From an uncultured Nitrososphaerota archaeon (GTDB lineage Archaea; Korarchaeota; Korarchaeia; Korarchaeales; Korarchaeaceae): DNA of 64,000 nucleotides. This document shows, piece after piece, positions 27,617-37,955 of this stretch (positions are counted from its first letter, which is position 1; each line of letters begins with the position of its first letter). The notes below the pieces were generated by a model. The model made no database searches and was not told the origin of the DNA. It was given only the letters and a program-made list of their open reading frames with translations. The position numbers and the translations under genes were made by a program. The DNA is taken from the NCBI GenBank assembly GCA_964618805.1, contig CAZUBM010000003.1, forward strand, positions 23,742 to 87,741. Direction: 5' to 3'.

Positions 27617-28735
27617 TTAGAGGAATTTCCTGAGGAGCGCATAAAGTTCAGGGGTGACAGGAAAAGTGAGGACTAACGCAGCGAGGTAAAGGATTGTTCC
27701 AAAATAGGCTCTTTTCTTAGAAAGGGAGCTGTATTCGTCCAGTGGAGGAGGATGTCGGACAAAAAGGCTGAATATCAGGAGCAAAAATGCCATTTCTGGC
27801 CTAAGAAAGACAAAGGAAGTTATTATTGTTATTGCTGATATAAACCGCCTTATCCTTTCGTCAGGAAATAAGGCATAGCATACATGACCTCCGTCGAGCT
27901 GGGAGACTGGCATGAGGTTAAGGAAGGTCACGGTTAGGATGACCCATCCTGCAAGTGCAACCGAGCTTAGGTAAATGATCTTGCCTTGAGGAACCCCAGC
28001 TAACTTAAACATGTAAGAGAAGATGGGTTGCTCCCACCAAAGAGCTCTAACTCCTTCTTTTTTCAAAGCGCTTATTAGAGAAGGATCAAGAGGTATTGAG
28101 CCCCTAAGGCCGAAGTAGCAAACTGGAAGCGATGCTATGAGGCCCGTTATGGGACCAGATAATCCTAAATCAAAGAGCTCATCCCTGTTTAATGGCATTC
28201 TCCTCCCGAAGATTATAGCCCCAAAAGTGCCAAGAGGAGGACCTCCTGGAATGAACATTGGGGGTTCCCACTCGCCTCCTTTTATCTTAGTAGCCACCAT
28301 GTGACCCAATTCATGAGTTCCAAGCGTAAAAAATACAGAGATCGTAAACATAAGGGCACTAGAGATTATGTTTATGCTGGGAGTTATGCCAATTTTGCTT
28401 AGTATCTCTACAGCGTTCTTACTGTAGAGGTAGCCCGAGAATGTTACGGTGCAGATCGTGGCTATCAGCATCACTAGATAAATTATTTTTGATCTTCTAG
28501 ACGGAATTTTGGCGGGAAACACTATTAGTCTTAGATAAGGCCTTCCTGGAAGGAGTTTTGGTACAAATCCGTTGGGAATGAGCTCTTCAGCTATCCTCTT
28601 GAACCTTTCTCTGGATTCATCCGGGTCCACTCTATCCACTAACATCTCGAGCCCAGCTGGCGTTTCAGTAACGTCAACTATCCTAAAGCTCCTATTCACT
28701 ACATCAACGATTAGTTTGTAAGGTGTTGGATACAC
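27617..28735 (-). CDS. Site-2 protease (M50)
   Basis: HELGH, GTFGA, NLMPVSQLDGGH, multiple TM helices; start moved to GTG 28735. Confidence 0.88.
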   Translation of the reverse strand: MYPTPYKLIVDVVNRSFRIVDVTETPAGLEMLVDRVDPDESRERFKRIAEELIPNGFVPKLLPGRPYLRLIVFPAKIPSRRSKIIYLVMLIATICTVTFSGYLYSKNAVEILSKIGITPSINIISSALMFTISVFFTLGTHELGHMVATKIKGGEWEPPMFIPGGPPLGTFGAIIFGRRMPLNRDELFDLGLSGPITGLIASLPVCYFGLRGSIPLDPSLISALKKEGVRALWWEQPIFSYMFKLAGVPQGKIIYLSSVALAGWVILTVTFLNLMPVSQLDGGHVCYALFPDERIRRFISAITIITSFVFLRPEMAFLLLIFSLFVRHPPPLDEYSSLSKKRAYFGTILYLAALVLTFPVTPELYALLRKFL

Positions 28736-28817
28736 TTTCCTCTTTACCCCATTGTGATCGTTTGGGTGGCGTTTAAAACTTTGTTTGATGTAAGATTTTT
28801 CTGACAGAGGTGGGCTA

Positions 28818-29345
28818 ATGCAGAAACAGTACATCATAAGAAGGTTCGATCCTAAGGATTTGGACCATGTAGTTAAGCTTAACTGGGTTTTTCTCCCAGA
28901 GAACTATCCTTCGTTCTTCTTCTTAGAAAACTACACGCACTGGCCTGAAGCTTTTCTTGTAGCGGAATCGGCTGGCGAAATAGTTGGTTATGTAATGTGC
29001 AGGGTTGAAGAAAAGTACTATCGATTTAGTCCGGTTAAACTCGGACACGTTCTCTCCATAGCTGTAGAGAAAAAACATAGAAGGCAAGGAATAGCTACAG
29101 CACTCATGAAGGGAGCTGAAGAAGGGTTGGTTGGCACTTATGGAGTAGATGTAATTTATCTTGAAGTGAGGGTCTCAAACGAACCAGCCATTTCTCTCTA
29201 CAAGAAACTGGATTACAAAATCCTGGGCGTAATGCCCAGTTATTACAGCGATGGAGAGAACGGCTATCTTATGGTTAAGTCTACTTCTGAAAGAGCCGAT
29301 GATCACCTCATTAGGGCTGTATTAGGGTATAGGGTGAGAAGATAG
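28818..29345 (+). CDS. N-terminal acetyltransferase Ard1/RimI-like
   Basis: LPENY, GHVLSIAV..RRQGIA, LEVRVSN, YYSDGE. Confidence 0.9.
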   Translation: MQKQYIIRRFDPKDLDHVVKLNWVFLPENYPSFFFLENYTHWPEAFLVAESAGEIVGYVMCRVEEKYYRFSPVKLGHVLSIAVEKKHRRQGIATALMKGAEEGLVGTYGVDVIYLEVRVSNEPAISLYKKLDYKILGVMPSYYSDGENGYLMVKSTSERADDHLIRAVLGYRVRR

Positions 29346-29584
29346 TGACCGGGAAGAGGAAATTGGTTAAAAAGATAGATTTGAGGGGAAAGAGCTTTCC
29401 ATCGACTCTAATCATCATGGCAAAGGAGGCAAAGTCTCTTAATCCGAAAAGTTCTTTGCTAGTTTTAATTGACGACAGAGAGACAGTCGAGCAAGCCAGA
29501 GAGTGGGGTGAAAGGATAAGCTGGGCTTCTGTAACATCAGATAGAAAAGAGGGCTATTGGATCCTTCGTATCACAAGACTGTAG
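29345..29584 (+). CDS. TusA/SirA-like protein lacking the catalytic Cys
   Basis: IDLRGKSFP in place of DxRGxxCP; LLVLIDD. Confidence 0.6.
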   Translation: MTGKRKLVKKIDLRGKSFPSTLIIMAKEAKSLNPKSSLLVLIDDRETVEQAREWGERISWASVTSDRKEGYWILRITRL

Positions 29585-29602
29585 TTGGAGGCAAAATAGG
29601 AC

Positions 29603-30679
29603 ATGATAGAGCTCCCCTATGGTTCACTAATGGTTCGAGGTAAGAGTCCTTCTTGTGAAATCTGTTGGAAGGGGGGTAAGCTCGTTATATTTATAACAGG
29701 AATATGTCCTCGATACTCTTCCTGTTTTTATTGCACGATCTCTCCTGAAAAGAGGGGAAAGGACATAATTCTTGCAGATGAAGTTGAGGTTAAAGAAGAA
29801 AAGGATGTTTTGAGAGAAGCAAACCTAATAGATGCAGAAGGTGCGGGAATAACTGGCGGAGAGCCTAGTTTAGTTATGGATAGGGTTTGTAGGTATATAA
29901 AGATCCTAAAGGAGAAGTTTGGAAGAGATTTTGACATCCATCTTTATACAAATTCTATAGGGATAGATCTTGTTAGTCTTAGGAGATTAGAATCTGTTGG
30001 TTTGGACGAGATCAGATTTCATAGCTGGCAAGAGAGGGATTGGCAAAAGATTAGACTTGCTCTAGACTTCAACTTTAGGGTTGGTGCAGAAATGCCAGCC
30101 ATACCTGAGAGAGCTTACGAAAAAAGGTTGATAGAACTTGCAGGATTCCTTGATTCTGTGGGAGCTCATTTCTTGAATCTTAATGAGTTGGAGTTTAGCG
30201 AGGGAAATAGGTATGATCTCATATCTAGAGGCTATAACGTTAGAGATGATAGCGGAATTGCCGTTTTTGGAAGCAAAGAGGTAGCAAGAAAGGTATTAAA
30301 GTATGTAGAGGAGGAGACTGGAATTCTGGGTTATTTTTGTTCGGCGGAAGTGAAGGAGCTGCAAGTCCTCAATAGATGGAGGAGGAGGGCTAGAAATGTA
30401 GTAAAACCCTACCAACGGATAACTGACCAGGGTACTCTTGTATTTGGTATTATAAAGGGAAGCCGTAGTGAATTGCTAGCTCTCAGAGAGCTTTTAGAAG
30501 GTAAGGGTCTGTACCACTTGGAGCTTGAGGATATGGAACTCAGAGTTCCGCCTGATATCTTACTAGAAATGAGGTCAATGCTACTATCTAAGGGTTTGAA
30601 TGCAGAGATCGTAGAAATAGCTCCTTTAGATTCTTACTTTGAAATTTCGAGGAACCCTATAGTTAAAAATGATTCTTGA
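29603..30679 (+). CDS. Radical SAM protein (COG2108-like)
   Basis: SCEICWKGGKLVIFITGIC..CFYC, ITGGEP, HLYT, DEIRFH, NLNELE. Confidence 0.85.
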   Translation: MIELPYGSLMVRGKSPSCEICWKGGKLVIFITGICPRYSSCFYCTISPEKRGKDIILADEVEVKEEKDVLREANLIDAEGAGITGGEPSLVMDRVCRYIKILKEKFGRDFDIHLYTNSIGIDLVSLRRLESVGLDEIRFHSWQERDWQKIRLALDFNFRVGAEMPAIPERAYEKRLIELAGFLDSVGAHFLNLNELEFSEGNRYDLISRGYNVRDDSGIAVFGSKEVARKVLKYVEEETGILGYFCSAEVKELQVLNRWRRRARNVVKPYQRITDQGTLVFGIIKGSRSELLALRELLEGKGLYHLELEDMELRVPPDILLEMRSMLLSKGLNAEIVEIAPLDSYFEISRNPIVKNDS

Positions 30680-30687
30680 ATCTACCT

Positions 30688-31959
30688 CTAGACAGTTATC
30701 TCTTCCTCCAGCGAGGGAGACAATACACTTATACCCATAAGTTCACGAACTTCTTCCCCAAACTTTTCGGCTTCTTCTCCATGTACCGGAAGGACCTGCT
30801 TTGGTGCTACTATCCTTATAAATTCAAATAGCCCAGACCTTCCTACGTGTGAGGAGAAGTCTAGTTGATTTACTCTCATCTCAATCGTTTTTCTTTCTCC
30901 ATCTATGTATATCTCCCCCTCCTGCAGGAGCCTCCTTCCTTCAGTTCCCTCAATCTGATATCCTGTAAGAGTTAGTGAACTGACCGGATCCTCTCCTCTC
31001 TTCTCAAGGTAGAAGTAAACTGGTCCTCCTTCTAGCATTCCAGAGGTTGTTAGAACGATAGATGGTCTTCTTATGATCTTCTCTCTAGCTCTCCAATCTC
31101 CAACCATTCTCAGATTCCTCAAAGAGAACTCAAACTCCTTATCATCTCTAAGCCTGTGAGGATACGAGAGTAAAATTTCCGTTCCAGCCCTTGCCATTCC
31201 GTCCAGATAGAGGTTCTTTATTCCACCAGCTGATAGGATCATTGCGATCTCATTGAGTCTAGCTATAGCAAAGCCAGCTATTATTGCCAGACCTCCTCTA
31301 TTGATCGTATCCTTAACTACTTCTCTTAGGAGTCTCTCCTGACCTTTCCTGTTTGGGTGCTCTCTTTGAGAATAGGTACACTCTGTGATTAAGAGATCTA
31401 CTTCTGGAAGGTCTCTTTCAGCCCCGCGAGATAGTCTGGTATTTCTAAGTTTAAAGTCGCCTGTGTAGAGGAGAGAGGTGCCATCTGTTCTCACGTAATA
31501 CATAGCACTTCCCGGTATGTGACCAGAATCAAAAGGAATGACCTCAACAGGTCCTATCTTAAAGGGAACGCCATATTCTATTGGTCTAAAGTTCTTCATG
31601 AACTTCTTAATCTCAGTTGGGCCGTAGCCTATTGTATATCCCCTTTTCTTTGCTACCTTTATAGAATCGTAGAGTAGAAGTTCAACGAAATCTCTGGTTA
31701 TATCTAGACCGTAAACTTTTGGGGAGTTCCTTCCTCTGAAGAGGAGAGGCAATGCTCCTGAGTGATCTAAATGTGCGTGCGTTAGCAGCACAGCATCCAC
31801 ATCTTCAACATCTGGAGGGAAAAGTGGGCTTTGTTTTGGCCTTAGCTTTATTCCGTAATCGAGCAATATCCTCTTATCCTCAGTTTCGAGGAGAATGGCG
31901 CTTCTTCCAACTTCTCCAATAGCTCCAAGTGGTTTTACCTTTAGCAAACTCATATTCAA
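30688..31959 (-). CDS. MBL/beta-CASP ribonuclease (aCPSF2-like)
   Basis: EVGRS, THAHLDHSG, GHIPGS, TGD, ECTY, SGMLEGG, FSSH, VHGE; no N-terminal KH domains. Confidence 0.85.
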   Translation of the reverse strand: MNMSLLKVKPLGAIGEVGRSAILLETEDKRILLDYGIKLRPKQSPLFPPDVEDVDAVLLTHAHLDHSGALPLLFRGRNSPKVYGLDITRDFVELLLYDSIKVAKKRGYTIGYGPTEIKKFMKNFRPIEYGVPFKIGPVEVIPFDSGHIPGSAMYYVRTDGTSLLYTGDFKLRNTRLSRGAERDLPEVDLLITECTYSQREHPNRKGQERLLREVVKDTINRGGLAIIAGFAIARLNEIAMILSAGGIKNLYLDGMARAGTEILLSYPHRLRDDKEFEFSLRNLRMVGDWRAREKIIRRPSIVLTTSGMLEGGPVYFYLEKRGEDPVSSLTLTGYQIEGTEGRRLLQEGEIYIDGERKTIEMRVNQLDFSSHVGRSGLFEFIRIVAPKQVLPVHGEEAEKFGEEVRELMGISVLSPSLEEEITV

Positions 31960-32106
31960 CGAATCCTCCCATTAACGTCAGGAGAAAACGATTTCTATCT
32001 CCTTTATCCATCCTCCCAACGAATCAGAGAATCATGCAGATGGAAGATATAAAAAAGTTCACTTCTTTTTCAGATCGAACGCCACTTAAGAAAGAAAAGT
32101 TTGATC

Positions 32107-32499
32107 TTAAATGCCTGGAAACCTGTAGACCTCTACACCCTCGTCTTCTATCTTTTCAAAGTCTAGATAAGCTATACCCTTTTTCTCTAGTGATAGAAGG
32201 GCTTCTCTCGCTAAATCGACAGGAAGGCACAGGTCGGAGACCACTTCGGTAAGTGTGAGCTTGCCTCCTCTTCTTCTTGCTAATCTTATTATATCATCTT
32301 GTATTTCCCTTATCTTTCTCTCCCTTCTTTGTCCAGAGGTTCCGACGTAAATAGTTAGAGCACTTAGTCCAATTAGAATTATTCCTGGGAATATGCGTGC
32401 TGGATTATAGCTCGCAGCTATTAAGAACATTAGGCCCAAAAAGGCAAATGCCCCCCCAACTATGAGAGCAGCAATGAGAAAAATAGAGAGGCGGGGCAT
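32107..32499 (-). CDS. Two-TM protein with C-terminal winged-helix domain
   Basis: Two hydrophobic helices then IIRLARRRGGKLTLTEVV..AREALLSLEKKG..VYRF. Confidence 0.7.
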   Translation of the reverse strand: MPRLSIFLIAALIVGGAFAFLGLMFLIAASYNPARIFPGIILIGLSALTIYVGTSGQRRERKIREIQDDIIRLARRRGGKLTLTEVVSDLCLPVDLAREALLSLEKKGIAYLDFEKIEDEGVEVYRFPGI

Positions 32500-32504
32500 C
32501 TTTA

Positions 32505-33215
32505 TCAGCCCCTTGAGATTTCTTCTTTCAGTTTCTTCATTTCTTCTTCTATTTCACTTTCGAGCCTCGCCTTTTCAAGCTCTCTTTCTATCTCATCCCT
32601 CTCCTCAGGTTCAAGTACGTCTAACGTTCCTCCAACAGCTATGAGTTCATCTATGGCCGCAGATCTTGCCTCTAGATCTCTGATCCTTGAATCTGCTCTA
32701 TCAACTATCCTCGCAACGTTCACAACCTCATCGCCAAAGCCAGTCAACATCTCCTTAACCTCAGCTTGTGCCTTTGCACTCAAATATTCAGCCTTTAGTT
32801 GCTCCTTCCTAGCTCTAAACATCTCGACCTTGCTTTCAAGGTCGTCTCTTACTTTCTTAAGACCTTCCTCTTCTTCCTTCATTTCAGATATTTTCCCTAC
32901 AAGTCTCTCCTTTTGAAGTAGAAGGATGTGTTTTCTCTCCAGCGCCTTTCTAGCTAGGTCTTCCCTTCCAATTTTCATCGCTTTTTTGGCGTTCTCATCA
33001 AGTCTAGTTATTTTCTCGTCGATCTCTTCTACTTCAAACTCTAGCCTCTTCCTGGCTGTTATGGCCCTCGCGAGGGCCATATTTACGTTGTGCAGCTGTT
33101 GTACCATCTTTCCATATGCATAATCCAGTTGTTCTATGGGATCCTCAAACCTCTCCATTAGTTTGTTTAATTTGGCCTCTATAGAGACCTTTAACCTCTC
33201 CCAGAAACCAGTCAT
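32505..33215 (-). CDS. pspA: PspA/IM30 (ESCRT-III superfamily) protein
   Basis: FWERL..EDPIEQL, GREDLARKALERK, LKAxYxxAKA, EARSAAIDEL, IEEEMKKLK. Confidence 0.9.
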   Translation of the reverse strand: MTGFWERLKVSIEAKLNKLMERFEDPIEQLDYAYGKMVQQLHNVNMALARAITARKRLEFEVEEIDEKITRLDENAKKAMKIGREDLARKALERKHILLLQKERLVGKISEMKEEEEGLKKVRDDLESKVEMFRARKEQLKAEYLSAKAQAEVKEMLTGFGDEVVNVARIVDRADSRIRDLEARSAAIDELIAVGGTLDVLEPEERDEIERELEKARLESEIEEEMKKLKEEISRG

Positions 33216-33339
33216 ATCGATCTGTGCCTTATTTCCCGAAGAACATTAATAAAATTAGGTGTAATCTAGTTCTAATCTTATAGAGCTTCCTAATCTTTAT
33301 TTTGAATTTTTGAAGGGTGATGGAAAGAGGTAGAGCTCG

Positions 33340-33672
33340 ATGAATGAATTCATCAGTTTTGAGGAGTTTAAGAAAATGGATATTAGGATAGGAAAAGTAG
33401 TTCATGCTGAAAAAGTTCCTGGAACAGCTCGTCTAATCAGACTTGAAGTCGACTTGGGACAGGAGAAGAGGCAGTTAATTGCAGGGATTGGTGAGGAATA
33501 CCAACCACAAGATCTCTTGAATCTAGAGATAGTTGTGTTGGCGAACCTAAAACCGAAGAAGATAAGAGGACTTATCTCCGAAGGAATGTTGTTGGCAGCT
33601 GTCTTAGAAGGAAATAAGCCAGTCCTCATTGTTCCGGACAAAGAGGTCCCCCCAGGGACTCCCGTTAGTTAG
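33340..33672 (+). CDS. tRNA-binding protein (Trbp111/MetRS C-terminal-like)
   Basis: FEEFKKMDIRIGKV, RQLIAGI, NLKPKKIRGLISEGMLLA. Confidence 0.9.
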   Translation: MNEFISFEEFKKMDIRIGKVVHAEKVPGTARLIRLEVDLGQEKRQLIAGIGEEYQPQDLLNLEIVVLANLKPKKIRGLISEGMLLAAVLEGNKPVLIVPDKEVPPGTPVS

Positions 33673-33684
33673 GGGCTGGTTGCT

Positions 33685-35103
33685 ATGGTTTCAGAGGAAA
33701 TTAAGGATTTGGTTGAATACGCAGTAAGACGTGCTTTAGGGATGCATGCAGATTATGCAGAAGCAAGATTTCAGATTAACCGTTCAACTCGGCTTTTTAT
33801 GATTAATGGGAATATTGAGGCTTTTTCAAGCGTTTCTGTAGCAGGAATCGGTATAAGAGTCCTTGTTAATGGATCCATGGGTTTTTCATCGACAAACGAC
33901 CTAAAGCAAGTGGATAAAGCCATTGAAAACGCGATTAGAGGGGCAAAGGCATGTCTGAAGATCTCTAAGAAAATCAGACTATCTGAGGAGAAATTTAGTG
34001 AAGCTTCGTACTCCTCTAAAGTTCTTAAGAAACCAGAGGACATCTCGCTTGAAGAGAAGATAGAGTTCCTCAATTCTATAGACGAACTAGCCAAAGAAAA
34101 AGGAATAACAACAAGAAATCTATCCCTAAAATACTCAAGAGAGCAGGTCTATTATGTGAACTCTGAGGGTTCGCGTGTTGAAGGGGACGTAACGCGTTTA
34201 AATGGAGATGCCATGCTAACGCTTGTAATAGGGTCAGAATCTGCTCAAGAATTTGTCGAAAAGGGCGGAAGTGGGGGTTGGGAGCTTATAGAAGGTTGGA
34301 ACTTCTTAAAAGAGGCTTCAAGGATAGCTGATGTAATGAAAGAGGGGTTGGAAAAAGGTATTCCTCCACCAAAGGGCAAGATGGATCTGGTTTTGGGCCC
34401 TCATGTAGTCGGCTTGATGATGCACGAATCGACTGGACATCCATACGAAGCTGACAGGATATTAGGAAGAGAAGCTGCTCAAGCTGGAGAATCATTCGTA
34501 AAGCCTAACATGCTTGGAAAAAGGATAGGATCAGAGGTAGTAACCGTAGTAGATGATCCAACTATTGAAGGGAGTAGCGGTTTTTATCTCTATGACATGG
34601 AAGGCGTCAAAGCAAGAAGGAGGATCCTCATGAAAAACGGTATAATTAATGAGTTCCTCCATAATAGAGAGACTGCTGCTATTTTTGGAGTCAAAAGCAA
34701 TGCCGCTGCCAGAGCTTCTTCTTACGATAGGGAACCCATAATAAGGATGGCCAACACCTTTATGCTCCCAGGAGAATACTCTCAAGAAGAGCTAATGGAG
34801 GATATCAAAGAGGGAGTGTACATCGCTCGATTCACAGAGTGGAACATTGATGATAGGAGATACAATCAAAGATATGTCGGCTCCGAGGCATACCTGATAA
34901 AGAACGGTAAGTTGGACAGGATGGTCAAGAGACCCATTCTTGAAATTACTACGCCCGCTTTTTACTCAAGCATAGATGCTGTTGGAAAAGATCTTGAGTT
35001 TAATCCTGGATTGTGTGGAAAAAGCGATCCTGGACAGTCCGTACCAGTTTGGTTTGGAGGACCAAGTGTTAGGTTGAGAGGTGTTAGACTTGGCGGAATC
35101 TGA
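33685..35103 (+). CDS. tldD: TldD metalloprotease
   Basis: GIGIRV, HESTGH, YDMEG, RMANT, CGK. Confidence 0.9.
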   Translation: MVSEEIKDLVEYAVRRALGMHADYAEARFQINRSTRLFMINGNIEAFSSVSVAGIGIRVLVNGSMGFSSTNDLKQVDKAIENAIRGAKACLKISKKIRLSEEKFSEASYSSKVLKKPEDISLEEKIEFLNSIDELAKEKGITTRNLSLKYSREQVYYVNSEGSRVEGDVTRLNGDAMLTLVIGSESAQEFVEKGGSGGWELIEGWNFLKEASRIADVMKEGLEKGIPPPKGKMDLVLGPHVVGLMMHESTGHPYEADRILGREAAQAGESFVKPNMLGKRIGSEVVTVVDDPTIEGSSGFYLYDMEGVKARRRILMKNGIINEFLHNRETAAIFGVKSNAAARASSYDREPIIRMANTFMLPGEYSQEELMEDIKEGVYIARFTEWNIDDRRYNQRYVGSEAYLIKNGKLDRMVKRPILEITTPAFYSSIDAVGKDLEFNPGLCGKSDPGQSVPVWFGGPSVRLRGVRLGGI

Positions 35104-35119
35104 ATCGTTTGAGGAGGGA

Positions 35120-36451
35120 TTGAGCACAGTACAAAAAATTCTAGATATAGCTCTAAGAAAAGGGGCCGAGGACGTCGCTGTGATATACGATGAGGAGATA
35201 GGAAGGCATTTGAGGTTTTCACAGAGTAAGGCTGATATAGTGAACACTTGGTTATACAAGAAAGTTGCTGTTTGTATAGGAAAGGAGAAAAGGGTATTGG
35301 TTGTAGAAACTGAGGATCTTCGTCCAGAAAACCTCAGAAGGTTTGTTGAGGAGTCCATTGATGCCATGAAATATCTGCCACCCAGGCCAGTGTACGCACC
35401 TATGCCGGAAGGACCTTTTGATTATCCAGTGGTTCCAAGTCTTTACGACGAAAGACTTCTAACAGCTGAAGATGAACTTGTTGATGCAGCTAAAATAGCT
35501 ATAGACTCAGCTCTATCAGAAGGGGCTGAGAGAGTTGCTGGAGTTATTAGATCCCGTGCCGGATATTCCTGTTTGGCTACAACTGGAGGGGTTAATGTTT
35601 GTGCTAGAGATAGCCAGATATACTTGGAAGTTAGAGCGTTTGCTGATGAGGAGGCCACTGGACATGGAGTCACTTGTTCAAGATCTCTGGGAGGGATTGA
35701 TCCTAAGAGAGCTGGAATAGAGGCAGGAATGGACGCAGTACTTGCAAAGAACTTCACAAAGGGTGAACCAGGTAGATACGATGTGGTCTTCGGTAGAAGT
35801 GCGCTGGGAAACTTAGTAGGCATATTTGGTCACATGGCATCAGCCATGTACGTTCTCATGCAAATGTCCCCATATGTAGGAAAGCTGAACCAGAAAATAG
35901 CCTCCGAGGAAATTACTCTAATAGATGATCCGTTAAAGCCAGCGGGGTATGGATCTAGGGCCTATGACGATGAAGGGTTGCCAACAAAGAAAAACACCAT
36001 CATAGAGAATGGCGTTCTGAAAACCTATCTCCATAACAGGCTAACTGCGAAGGCCTTTAACGCTGAATCTACTGCAAATGCTGGTTGGATAATTCCGAAA
36101 CCATGGTATCTTATCCTTAAGCCCGGAGATGCTGGTGAAGAAGAGCTCATCGAAGAGCTTAAAGATGGCCTTCTGGTCAAGAACGCTACATATCTGAGGT
36201 TTCAGAACTACATGACTGGGGATTTTTCTGCGGTGATAAGGGATGGGGTCTTTAGAGTAAAGAACGGCGAGATCATAGGAGAAGTAAGAGGTCTACGACT
36301 CAGCGACAACCTGCTAAATATGCTTTCAAACGTTTATCAGATCTCGAGAGAAGCTTTGCCCATATTTCATTGGTGGATGGAGTGGGAAGTTCCTGTAGAG
36401 ACTCCCCTAATAGCGATTCATAATGTAGGATTCACCTCAGCAACTCTCTGA
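35120..36451 (+). CDS. pmbA: PmbA/TldE subunit
   Basis: LRFSQS, PGRYDV, YDDEG, STANAG, GDFS; GAGGAGG SD before TTG 35120. Confidence 0.85.
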   Translation: MSTVQKILDIALRKGAEDVAVIYDEEIGRHLRFSQSKADIVNTWLYKKVAVCIGKEKRVLVVETEDLRPENLRRFVEESIDAMKYLPPRPVYAPMPEGPFDYPVVPSLYDERLLTAEDELVDAAKIAIDSALSEGAERVAGVIRSRAGYSCLATTGGVNVCARDSQIYLEVRAFADEEATGHGVTCSRSLGGIDPKRAGIEAGMDAVLAKNFTKGEPGRYDVVFGRSALGNLVGIFGHMASAMYVLMQMSPYVGKLNQKIASEEITLIDDPLKPAGYGSRAYDDEGLPTKKNTIIENGVLKTYLHNRLTAKAFNAESTANAGWIIPKPWYLILKPGDAGEEELIEELKDGLLVKNATYLRFQNYMTGDFSAVIRDGVFRVKNGEIIGEVRGLRLSDNLLNMLSNVYQISREALPIFHWWMEWEVPVETPLIAIHNVGFTSATL

Positions 36452-37840
36452 GGATATACTGCCCTTCTTTTTGACTTCTCCAAATCTAGCGAGAGCCGCT
36501 ATTGCCCTTGCTCCCCTAGACGGATCGGTATAGTATGGGATGCCAGCATGCTTTAGTCTCCTTAGCTGTTTAGTTATTTCTTCGGTTGCCTCCATGGAAA
36601 TTACCACTAACGGCTTTTCTTTAGAAGAAGCAAGCTCTATCATGTAGTCTATTAATCGAGGTCGGTCTAACAATGGAGGAGACATAAGGGCAATAACCAT
36701 CACACAATCTATATCCTCAGAGCTCAGCATGGCTTGAGTTGCAATCTTGTATTGATCAGCAGTGCACGAACCTGTAAGATCTAATGGATTGCTTATAGAA
36801 TAGAAGGGTGGAAGTTCCCTTTTTAGCCTCTCTTTGAGTTCTTTAGAGATGGATGGAACCTCTAGACCATTATCTTCCAGCGAATCCACAGCAACTACAC
36901 CGTAACCTCCTCCATTTGTGATAATTCCAACCTTCTTACCCTTTGCTGGTGGTTGAGTAGCTAGACACATGCAAACATCGACAAATTCTTCTAGAGTTTG
37001 GGCAACGATAGCTCCGCATTGTTTTAGGGCTGCGTCGTATATCTCCTCATTTCCAGCCAGGGATCCGGTGTGACTCAAAACTGCCCGAGTTCCAGCTTTT
37101 CCACGTCCTCCTTTCATAACTACTACTGGTTTATTTGTAGAGATCTCTCTAGCGACCTCCATAAAGCGCCTTCCATCCTTTAAGCCCTCCATATAAAGAG
37201 CTATTACCTTTGTCTCCTTGTCTTCAGATAAATACTCCAGGAGATCTGCCTCATCCACATCAGCAGCATTACCATAGCTTATGAACCTGCTTACCCCAAT
37301 CTCTTGCTTAGCTAACATGGTCATCAGACCAGCTGCTAAGCTCCCGCTCTGGGAAAGCACCGCCACATTTCCCCTTGGAGCCCTTGGCAGCACATCGTCT
37401 GGGGTGAAAAGCATATCCACATTTGAAGAGGGGCTATACACTCCCATGCAGTTTGGTCCCATAATCCTTATTCCCCACTTTCTTGCTTCCTTTACAAGTT
37501 CTTCTTCGAGTTCCCTGTTACCTACCTCGCTAAAACCACCTGAAATGATTACCACAGCCGCTACTCCCTTTTTCCCGCAATCTTCTATGGCTTGAATGGT
37601 GTAATGGGCTGGGATCGATATTATTGCAAGATCGACCCTTTCTGGTACGTCCAATATGCTTGGATACGCCTTAAGTCCCAAAATCTGCGTAGCTTTTGGG
37701 TTTACAGGGAAAAGTTTCCCGCTAAACCCAGCTTTTAGCATCTGGGAAACTATAATGTGACCTATTTTCCTCGGATTTCTTGAAGCGCCGATCACAGCCA
37801 CACTCTTAGGCTCAAAGAAAGCTCTTAGTCTAAGGTCCAT
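36437..37840 (-). CDS. acdA: ADP-forming acyl-CoA synthetase alpha subunit
   Basis: PKSVAVIGAS, GPNCMG, SQSG, SHTGSLAG (phospho-His), NPLDLTG. Confidence 0.88.
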   Translation of the reverse strand: MDLRLRAFFEPKSVAVIGASRNPRKIGHIIVSQMLKAGFSGKLFPVNPKATQILGLKAYPSILDVPERVDLAIISIPAHYTIQAIEDCGKKGVAAVVIISGGFSEVGNRELEEELVKEARKWGIRIMGPNCMGVYSPSSNVDMLFTPDDVLPRAPRGNVAVLSQSGSLAAGLMTMLAKQEIGVSRFISYGNAADVDEADLLEYLSEDKETKVIALYMEGLKDGRRFMEVAREISTNKPVVVMKGGRGKAGTRAVLSHTGSLAGNEEIYDAALKQCGAIVAQTLEEFVDVCMCLATQPPAKGKKVGIITNGGGYGVVAVDSLEDNGLEVPSISKELKERLKRELPPFYSISNPLDLTGSCTADQYKIATQAMLSSEDIDCVMVIALMSPPLLDRPRLIDYMIELASSKEKPLVVISMEATEEITKQLRRLKHAGIPYYTDPSRGARAIAALARFGEVKKKGSISSESC

Positions 37841-37955
37841 GATTTAATCCCCGTAATTTGAAAATTATGTAGTTAAAATGATGAACCCTCAACACTTTAA
37901 CCAGTCCCTGGCTCCATCTAATTTAATATTCCTTAGAGCTAATCTTCAACGGACT

